64,000 nt of DNA from an uncultured Candidatus Saccharibacteria bacterium (GTDB lineage Bacteria > Patescibacteriota > Doudnabacteria > UBA920): the NCBI GenBank assembly GCA_964648985.1, contig CAZYMS010000004.1, positions 2,793-66,792 on the forward strand, given 5' to 3'. Shown here in pieces: positions 57,638-64,000 of this stretch. The position numbers and the translations under genes are program-made. The notes beneath the pieces were generated by a model. The model worked only from the letters and a program-made list of their open reading frames with translations, did not search any database and was not told the origin of the DNA. Positions within the stretch are counted from its first letter, which is position 1. The number at the start of each line of letters is the position of its first letter.

Positions 57638-58093
57638 ATGGATAAGAACGAGTTAGTCCGTAAATTATTTACAAATATAGATGCTTTGGGTAGGGCGGCA
57701 AGTGCGCAGAAATTTGCGCCTACGGCAAAGGGTATGCCCACGCATGCTCAGGTTGGGGTGCTCTTTGTCATATTCCATTCAGGCCCCCAGAGTATAAAAG
57801 ATATGGCTGCAAAGTTCGGCATGACACCGAGCGGCATTACTCAGCTGGTAAATGGGTTGGTCAAAGACGGTTTACTCAAACGTACTGAGGATGCTGAAGA
57901 CCGCAGGAAGATTTGTGTCACACTGACTGAGAAGGGGAGAGCGCGTATGGCTGCTATTAAGAAACAGCGATACGAAACCCTTTCAAAGGTCTTTGAGCCG
58001 CTTTCCAGTAATGAACTTATTCAATTAGATACTATATTACAGAAGATAGTTAAACAGGTACAAACCATATGGACAAAAAACCAGAACAAGTAG
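57638..58093 (+). CDS. MarR-family transcriptional regulator
   Basis: Winged HTH 'MTPSGITQLVNGLVKDGLLKRTEDAEDRRKICVTLTEKGR'. Confidence 0.75.
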   Translation: MDKNELVRKLFTNIDALGRAASAQKFAPTAKGMPTHAQVGVLFVIFHSGPQSIKDMAAKFGMTPSGITQLVNGLVKDGLLKRTEDAEDRRKICVTLTEKGRARMAAIKKQRYETLSKVFEPLSSNELIQLDTILQKIVKQVQTIWTKNQNK

Positions 58094-59820
58094 GAAAGAA
58101 GCCGTCAGGACCAAACCTTTTTAGCTTGCTTGGGCCGTATAGAGGCTTTATAGCGCTGCTGATTGTGCTGGCGCTCGCAAGTAACGGGCTTACCTTGTGG
58201 CTGCCAAAGATTATTGCTCACGGCATAGATGCCTTTCTCCGAAGTGGTCTCTCTTCGCATGCTATTATATGGGAATTTGGCATAGCAGGTGCCCTCATCT
58301 TTATTTTTACGTATCTTCAAAACGTAGTGCAGGTTTATGCGTCTGAAAAGGTGGCGCGTGACCTTCGTCATAAACTTTCTGAAAAGATTTCTAACCGGAC
58401 CTATGCGTTTGTTCAAAAAGTCACTCCAGACAAACTCCTCACAAACCTTACCTCAGATATAGATGCAGTAAAGAACTTTGTGGCCCAGGCAATAGTAAAC
58501 ATTATCTCTTCCATTTTTATTATTATAGGTGCGAGCGTGTTATTGCTATCTATTAACTGGAGGCTTGGCCTTGCGGTGCTCGCTATTGTACCTATTATTG
58601 GCGGTACATTTTTCTTTGTCTTGACTCGCGTCAGGGCACTCTTTCTTAAAACCCGCGAAATAGTAGACTGGCTGAACAAAGTTATAAACGAAAGCATACT
58701 TGGCGCGGGTCTTATCCGCGTACTTAATTCGCACGAGTCAGAATATGGGAAGTTTGTAGCAGCGAACACCAGCGCCCGTGATTTAGGCCTGCAAATTCTT
58801 CGCTTGTTCGCGAGTATGGTGCCAATTATTACGTTTGTCGCCAATCTTGCAGCGCTTATTATACTTGCGCTTGGTGGTCACTTTGTTATTGGCGGTAGTA
58901 TGACGCTGGGAGAATTTGCCGCCTTCAATAGCTACATGTTTATACTTATATTTCCTATTTTCATAATAGGATTTATGAGCAATATTATTGCTCAGGCACA
59001 GGCAAGTTATGGTAGAGTTGCTGAAGTCTTGAATACTCCAGATAGCGAGCAGGGCGGATCAGTGACAGAGCAGCTTACTGGGGAAATTGGAGTGAAAGAT
59101 GTAACGCTCATGTTCGGTGAGAAGCCTGCGCTCAAAAATGTGAATATACATATACAGCCAGGTACTAAAACAGCCATTATTGGACCTACTGCTGCGGGCA
59201 AGACCCAATTGCTGAACTTGCTTATTGGCCTTACTGAGCCTACGAGCGGAAGTGTAGAGTACAATGGTAAAAATATTCGCGACTTTAACCAGGAAATTCT
59301 CTACAAACAAGTCGGACTGGTATTTCAGGACAGCATCGTTTTCAACATGTCTCTCAGAGAAAATATTGCATTCAATACTGAGGTAACAGAGGAGAGTATG
59401 CAGAAAGCTATAGACACAGCAGAGCTTGCAGATTTTATCGCAGGCTTACCCGATGGCCTTAACACTATGGTATCTGAACGCGGTCTGAGTTTGTCGGGCG
59501 GACAAAAACAACGCATTATGCTCGCGCGAAGTCTTGCTATACATCCTAAAATATTGTTGCTCGATGACTTTACTGCGCGGGTAGATGCAAAGACAGAGCG
59601 CAAGATACTTGCTAATGTGTCTCAGAACTACCCAGGCCTTACTTTGCTTTCGGTAACCCAGAAAATAGCAGCGGTAGAGCACTATGACCAAATTATTGTG
59701 CTTATGGAAGGCGAGGTAATTGCCAGTGGTACGCATGAAGAACTTATGCATACATCACCTGAGTACGTACAAATTTATAATTCACAACAGAGCACCAGCA
59801 CCTATGAATTACAGTCTTAA
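58069..59820 (+). CDS. ABC exporter, fused permease/ATPase (heterodimer subunit 1)
   Basis: 6-TM domain, Walker A 'GPTAAGKT', signature 'LSGGQKQR', Walker B 'ILLLDD'. Confidence 0.85.
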   Translation: MDKKPEQVGKKPSGPNLFSLLGPYRGFIALLIVLALASNGLTLWLPKIIAHGIDAFLRSGLSSHAIIWEFGIAGALIFIFTYLQNVVQVYASEKVARDLRHKLSEKISNRTYAFVQKVTPDKLLTNLTSDIDAVKNFVAQAIVNIISSIFIIIGASVLLLSINWRLGLAVLAIVPIIGGTFFFVLTRVRALFLKTREIVDWLNKVINESILGAGLIRVLNSHESEYGKFVAANTSARDLGLQILRLFASMVPIITFVANLAALIILALGGHFVIGGSMTLGEFAAFNSYMFILIFPIFIIGFMSNIIAQAQASYGRVAEVLNTPDSEQGGSVTEQLTGEIGVKDVTLMFGEKPALKNVNIHIQPGTKTAIIGPTAAGKTQLLNLLIGLTEPTSGSVEYNGKNIRDFNQEILYKQVGLVFQDSIVFNMSLRENIAFNTEVTEESMQKAIDTAELADFIAGLPDGLNTMVSERGLSLSGGQKQRIMLARSLAIHPKILLLDDFTARVDAKTERKILANVSQNYPGLTLLSVTQKIAAVEHYDQIIVLMEGEVIASGTHEELMHTSPEYVQIYNSQQSTSTYELQS

Positions 59821-61570
59821 TACATCCAAAGACCAGCAAGGCAAGTCCTCTGCACTGGCTGCTGCAAAAAAACTCTGGCCACTGCTTGCTACGGAAAAAG
59901 AAATTATTACAGCTGCCCTTATTGCAGTCATATTGAACTCACTGGTAAACTTGTTCGCGCCACGTCTTATAGCGCATGTGGTAGATACGTTTTTGCCAAT
60001 TAAAGATTACCACCATGTGTTGGTATACAGCGGCATCATACTTGCTATGTATACCTTTGGCCTGGTCACCAGCTATGCCCAAACACGGCTCATGGGCGGG
60101 GTAGGGCAGCGCGTGCTCTATCGTTTACGCAACTTAGTTTTTACCAAACTGCAGGAATTGCCAGTTGGATTTTTTAGTGCGAACAAAGCAGGCGATCTTA
60201 TATCCCGTATAAATAATGATACTGATAAGATAAATCAGTTCTTCTCCCAATCTTTGGTTCAATTTATGGGTAGTGTATTCCTTATGATAGGGGCCGCTAT
60301 ATTCTTGCTTTCCATTCACTTTGCACTTGGCGGCGCTGCTTTACTTCCTGCAGTTGCATTGCTTATATTTACCCAGCTTATTTCCGGATGGGTCAAGCGC
60401 CGTAACCTTTCCAGTATGCAGAGTCTGGGTGGTATGAGTGCTGAAATTCAGGAGAGCCTTAATAATTTTAAAGTAATAATTGCGTTTAATCGCCGAGATT
60501 ATTTCCGTAAGCGTTTTCAGGAAGTAAATGAGCAAAATTATACGGCATCTATTGGTTCTGGGCTTGCAAACAATACGCTGGTGCCGGTATACGGTCTTGC
60601 TTCAAATTTAGGTCAGCTCATTGTTTTGAGTTACGGTATATATCTTATTTCCACCGGTAGCTTCACCATAGGTTTGCTTATTAGTTTTCTTTCGTATGCA
60701 AATAACTTCTACAATCCACTTCGTCAGCTGGCTGCTTTGTGGGCAAGTTTTCAGCAAGCCATGGCAAGTTGGGACCGTGTTCATGAAATACTTTCTCTGG
60801 AGACAAATCTGGTCACAATACCAACACAAGGTGAAGGGTCAAGATCCAATGCGCTGCTCGAGTTTCACAATGTACATTTTAAGTATGTAGATGACGGAGC
60901 AGAAATACTTCACGGTATAAATCTAAAACTTGAGCAGGGTAAAACCTATGCCTTGGTTGGTCCTACGGGCGGGGGAAAAACTACTACTGCGTCGCTCATG
61001 GCTCGGCTCTATGATCCAACCGAAGGTAGTGTGCTGCTGGGCGGTCAAGATATTCGCAGTTTTAGCGCAGAAGAGCGGACAAAAAAGATTGGATTTATTT
61101 TGCAAGATCCTATACTTTTTACGGGTACTGTCCGCGAGAATTTAGCTTACGGCAATGTTGAGTATAAAGACCTAACCAGTGAACAGTTGGAAAAAGTGAT
61201 TAATGATGCAGGACTCGGGAGCTTGCTTGCGCGGTTCGACGAAGGTTTGGAAACAAAGATAACTGCAACAGGCGATTCCATTAGTCTTGGTCAAAAGCAG
61301 CTTATAGCGTTCATGCGTGCAGTGCTCCGTAAACCCGAACTGCTTATACTTGATGAAGCTACAGCTAACATAGATACCGTTACGGAAGGATTGCTTCAGC
61401 AGGTACTTGATAAACTACCGCAGTCTACTACTCGCGTTATTATTGCGCACCGCTTGAACACCATAGCCAACGCAGATGAAATATTCTTCGTGAATTCCGG
61501 ATCGCTCACCCCTGCCGGTTCCATGGAGCACGCAGTGGATATGCTGCTACACGGAAAACGTGAGAGCTAA
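59804..61570 (+). CDS. ABC exporter, fused permease/ATPase (heterodimer subunit 2)
   Basis: Walker A 'GPTGGGKTT', signature 'LGQKQLIAF', 'LILDEAT'. It overlaps subunit 1 by 17 nt. Confidence 0.85.
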   Translation: MNYSLNTSKDQQGKSSALAAAKKLWPLLATEKEIITAALIAVILNSLVNLFAPRLIAHVVDTFLPIKDYHHVLVYSGIILAMYTFGLVTSYAQTRLMGGVGQRVLYRLRNLVFTKLQELPVGFFSANKAGDLISRINNDTDKINQFFSQSLVQFMGSVFLMIGAAIFLLSIHFALGGAALLPAVALLIFTQLISGWVKRRNLSSMQSLGGMSAEIQESLNNFKVIIAFNRRDYFRKRFQEVNEQNYTASIGSGLANNTLVPVYGLASNLGQLIVLSYGIYLISTGSFTIGLLISFLSYANNFYNPLRQLAALWASFQQAMASWDRVHEILSLETNLVTIPTQGEGSRSNALLEFHNVHFKYVDDGAEILHGINLKLEQGKTYALVGPTGGGKTTTASLMARLYDPTEGSVLLGGQDIRSFSAEERTKKIGFILQDPILFTGTVRENLAYGNVEYKDLTSEQLEKVINDAGLGSLLARFDEGLETKITATGDSISLGQKQLIAFMRAVLRKPELLILDEATANIDTVTEGLLQQVLDKLPQSTTRVIIAHRLNTIANADEIFFVNSGSLTPAGSMEHAVDMLLHGKRES

Positions 61571-61585
61571 ATTAGCTGCAATTTT

Positions 61586-61624
61586 AAAAGGGTGGCCCTT
61601 TACTCCAAAGGGTCACCCTTTTGC
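61586..61624 (+). terminator. hairpin AAAAGGGTGGCCCTTT-actcc-AAAGGGTCACCCTTTTG
   Basis: 3' of the ABC operon. GGGT.ACCC family. Confidence 0.55.
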
Positions 61625-61659
61625 TTCTAACTTTGGTGGCATATGCTATAGTAAAAACA

Positions 61660-61992
61660 ATGAACATGACCAAGAAAATTTTGATTGGAATAGGTGTTGC
61701 GCTTCTTTGCGTGGTTTTGCTTATGGCAGGCTTTAGAACATATTTGTCATGGACCCATCAGTACTTTCGCGGTACGCTCACAAAGCAAGGGGAACATGCG
61801 TATACACTTCATACTGCCACCGGTCCATTACCTGTGCATGTTAGTGGTAGAACGCGGATTCGCGCAGGAAGGCATGCTGTTGCTCTGGTAGTTCGGCAAG
61901 GGGAGTCTGCCGTTGTAGTTGGCAAAGTAAATGAAAATGGATTACTGGAGGCACGTTTTATTCGGTTTGTAAAAACAAGATACGGTCGGTGA
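61660..61992 (+). CDS. hypothetical membrane-anchored protein
   Basis: 'MNMTKKILIGIGVALLCVVLLMAG' N-terminal TM. Confidence 0.4.
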   Translation: MNMTKKILIGIGVALLCVVLLMAGFRTYLSWTHQYFRGTLTKQGEHAYTLHTATGPLPVHVSGRTRIRAGRHAVALVVRQGESAVVVGKVNENGLLEARFIRFVKTRYGR

Positions 61993-62056
61993 TTAATAAA
62001 ATTATTAGGAAACTATGGCCTTAGAGCATTGCATGAGCGGGGAACTCAATTGATTA

Positions 62057-62428
62057 ATGAGTATGTTAGCTGTAGCTTCAGAATTTAGATTTATTCTTTA
62101 TCCAAAAGATTTTTACCGTGTTAGGAAATTTTACGAGGAGACTTTAGGGTATTCTATTGTAACCGAGTGGGATGACGGAGCAGAAAGTAGTGGGGTCATG
62201 TTTAATACGGGCGCCGCAACGCTTGAGCTACTATCCCCTAAGCCTGATTATATTCCGGTACAAGGTGTAACTATTGCTCTACAGATAAATAATGTTATGG
62301 CGTTGTGGGAAGAGCTAAAAGACCAAGTAACTGTGGTATTTGATCCTAGACACAACGAATGGGGCGACACCTCATTTGGGATTAGTGATCCAGAAGGTTT
62401 GCATATAACTTTCTTTAAAAACGATTAG
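62057..62428 (+). CDS. VOC-family (glyoxalase / bleomycin-resistance-like) protein
   Basis: ~120-aa beta-alpha-beta-beta-beta module pattern. Confidence 0.55.
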   Translation: MSMLAVASEFRFILYPKDFYRVRKFYEETLGYSIVTEWDDGAESSGVMFNTGAATLELLSPKPDYIPVQGVTIALQINNVMALWEELKDQVTVVFDPRHNEWGDTSFGISDPEGLHITFFKND

Positions 62429-62552
62429 GCATTAAAATTGCACCATCTAAGAATAGAGATACTGTCTTGCATTATATATGTTACATTCATTATTATATTT
62501 TAGTTGCGGTACTCTCTTGCTGGGATGTTCATAAATAGTATTTTGATTAAAT

Positions 62553-63752
62553 TTGATTCGCATGTCGGAAAATAGTTTTCATAAGGAACAATTTGTTAGT
62601 AATAGGGATGAAATAGAAACGAGCGAAGTTAATCTTAGCGCTGAGTTAGTAGAGGCTCAGAATAATGAGCAAGAGCTGGCTAAGGAGGATGGCAAGTTTT
62701 TTTATAAGCTCTCTGCAGTTAGAAATAAATTTAAAAAGATGGGTCCATGGCTCGCACTGATGGGCGCATCTTTGTTTGCGGCAGAACGCGTGGAAATTAT
62801 CAATACTGGTTCATACGAGAACAAGAATAGGGCGCAAGCTGAAATGATAGACCATGGTATTACAACTGAGCAACAACGCGTATATAAAAAAGGGTTAAGC
62901 GAGCTTGCCTATCAGGCAATTGATCCTGTCGGGTATCCTGAGAATGGCAAGGAGCGCGCAGAAAGATGGCAACAAGCTTCTGAAAACCTGGCGCATTTGA
63001 ATGAAACTAACTTGAGGTACTCCACCAAAGATGCTCAGTTTAGTAATTACGCATCAAAAGAGGATGCGTGGAGGTTGTATTTGGGTTTGCCTGAGAGATT
63101 CCACACATTTGGAATATCAGATTATAGGCCAAATAACAGCAAAGAAAATATTTATTATTATAAAATAAATAATTTTCCTGAGGTTCTATCACGCCTTTTC
63201 GAGCAATATAGAAATGAACCGAGCAACGAATCCGTCCGTGGTATATTTATTACTAACTTAAAAGCGTCCGATGAACGCGGTGACCATACATGGAATGAGG
63301 CGGTAGATAAATCGCCTGCCAATGAGTTTCATGCGACAAATTGGCAAACCCCTTTATACGGTTGGGCGCTTTCTCGTTTTGAAGCTGACCTCGCCGAGTC
63401 GGATAAAGTTATTTTGGCTTTTGCCAATAAGAGGGCAGGCTTGGATTTGAGCCGTGTCGATTCTGTTCTTTGCTTAGACTCGGGAGAGTTAAATTTACTG
63501 GGGACTTTTACTATGAGCATTGGCAGAGATGAGAAGGGCTACTATATAAGCTATTTTGATTTATGGGACCTAAAAAACAACCCTAGAGAAAACAAGTTGG
63601 TTGGGATTGGAGGTGCTTTGCCAATATATGATCGAATATATATGACATACAATACAAAGGAAAAGAAGATTGAGTTTCTCGATTATCCAAACGCGCTTCA
63701 AAATTATCAGAAACCGCTAAAACTAACTGAGGAAGATTTTGAAATTAATTAA
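62553..63752 (+). CDS. hypothetical protein
   Basis: 399-aa ORF, no recognisable motif. Confidence 0.45.
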   Translation: MIRMSENSFHKEQFVSNRDEIETSEVNLSAELVEAQNNEQELAKEDGKFFYKLSAVRNKFKKMGPWLALMGASLFAAERVEIINTGSYENKNRAQAEMIDHGITTEQQRVYKKGLSELAYQAIDPVGYPENGKERAERWQQASENLAHLNETNLRYSTKDAQFSNYASKEDAWRLYLGLPERFHTFGISDYRPNNSKENIYYYKINNFPEVLSRLFEQYRNEPSNESVRGIFITNLKASDERGDHTWNEAVDKSPANEFHATNWQTPLYGWALSRFEADLAESDKVILAFANKRAGLDLSRVDSVLCLDSGELNLLGTFTMSIGRDEKGYYISYFDLWDLKNNPRENKLVGIGGALPIYDRIYMTYNTKEKKIEFLDYPNALQNYQKPLKLTEEDFEIN

Positions 63753-63797
63753 AGTATAAGAATGCGCAATAATACATATGCCAGTAATCTGCAGCGT

Positions 63798-64000
63798 ATG
63801 TATTTTTTTATAGTATAAAAAATCATTACTTATTTGTATTTAGTGCGGTGGTGCTGCTTGCCGTAGGGTGTAATTCTACTGCGCAGGTAATGCCTCTGCC
63901 TACTCCATCTGATCGAAATGCTAACCTTAAACCAGTGAGTGACGTCGCGGTCGCTGCTGCAGTGCCTGTTGCCGCAGTGCCTCCTGTGAATACTGAGTCA
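63798..64000 (+). CDS. putative lipoprotein, 5' partial in the window. The N-terminus is only continuous if the T8 tract at 63803-63810 is read as T9
   Basis: The downstream frame encodes '...YLFVFSAVVLLAVGCNSTAQ...' with the lipobox LAVGC. The only ATG (63798) is in the -1 frame across a T8 homopolymer. Confidence 0.3.

Noticed and set aside
1-64000. Alternative genetic code (UGA recoding, as in some Patescibacteria)
   Set aside because: Long ORFs are intact under the standard code, including the 16.5-kb gene, and stops are predominantly TAA. There is no sign of in-frame TGA read-through.

Overview
This 64-kb window is from a low-GC bacterial chromosome read with the standard genetic code: stops are mostly TAA and the long ORFs are intact. 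I cannot place the organism beyond a Firmicutes- or Patescibacteria-like low-GC bacterium. Coding density is high and plus-strand biased.

There are five main blocks:

- **Surface-protein cluster.** Four secreted proteins share modules: a 3'-truncated gene at 1..379, a 704-aa protein with a peptidoglycan-binding tail, an 1101-aa protein, and a 5511-aa giant. The giant carries more than 45 GLUG-motif repeats with poly-glycine spacers, 13 fibronectin-III repeats, a poly-Gly hinge and four copies of a ~55-aa C-terminal repeat that the other three proteins also carry.
- **Small stress and detoxification proteins.** Five VOC/PhnB-like proteins, four DUF1801 genes plus one pseudogene, and single SRPBCC, PNPOx-like, Nudix, HIT-like, SDR and phosphoribosyltransferase genes. 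A dihydrofolate-reductase-family gene is frameshifted.
- **AT-rich islet at about 21.2-23.2 kb.** It holds a 0.7-kb ORF-free region with a long interrupted hairpin, followed by an XRE-type helix-turn-helix gene and a reverse transcriptase with retron-like motifs. This is the most interesting candidate for a defence system, possibly a type-VI-like retron.
- **A two-component system co-transcribed with an unknown 650-aa protein.**
- **A MarR regulator followed by a heterodimeric ABC exporter pair.**

Other features are a Zn-ribbon-PAS gene next to a separate GAF gene, a YozG-HTH/DUF2975 pair, an FKBP gene and a GyrI-like gene. A family of conserved GGGTNACCC-type hairpin terminators recurs throughout. 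A 1.2-kb region with no convincing coding potential sits upstream of the giant gene. I found no rRNA, tRNA or CRISPR array.
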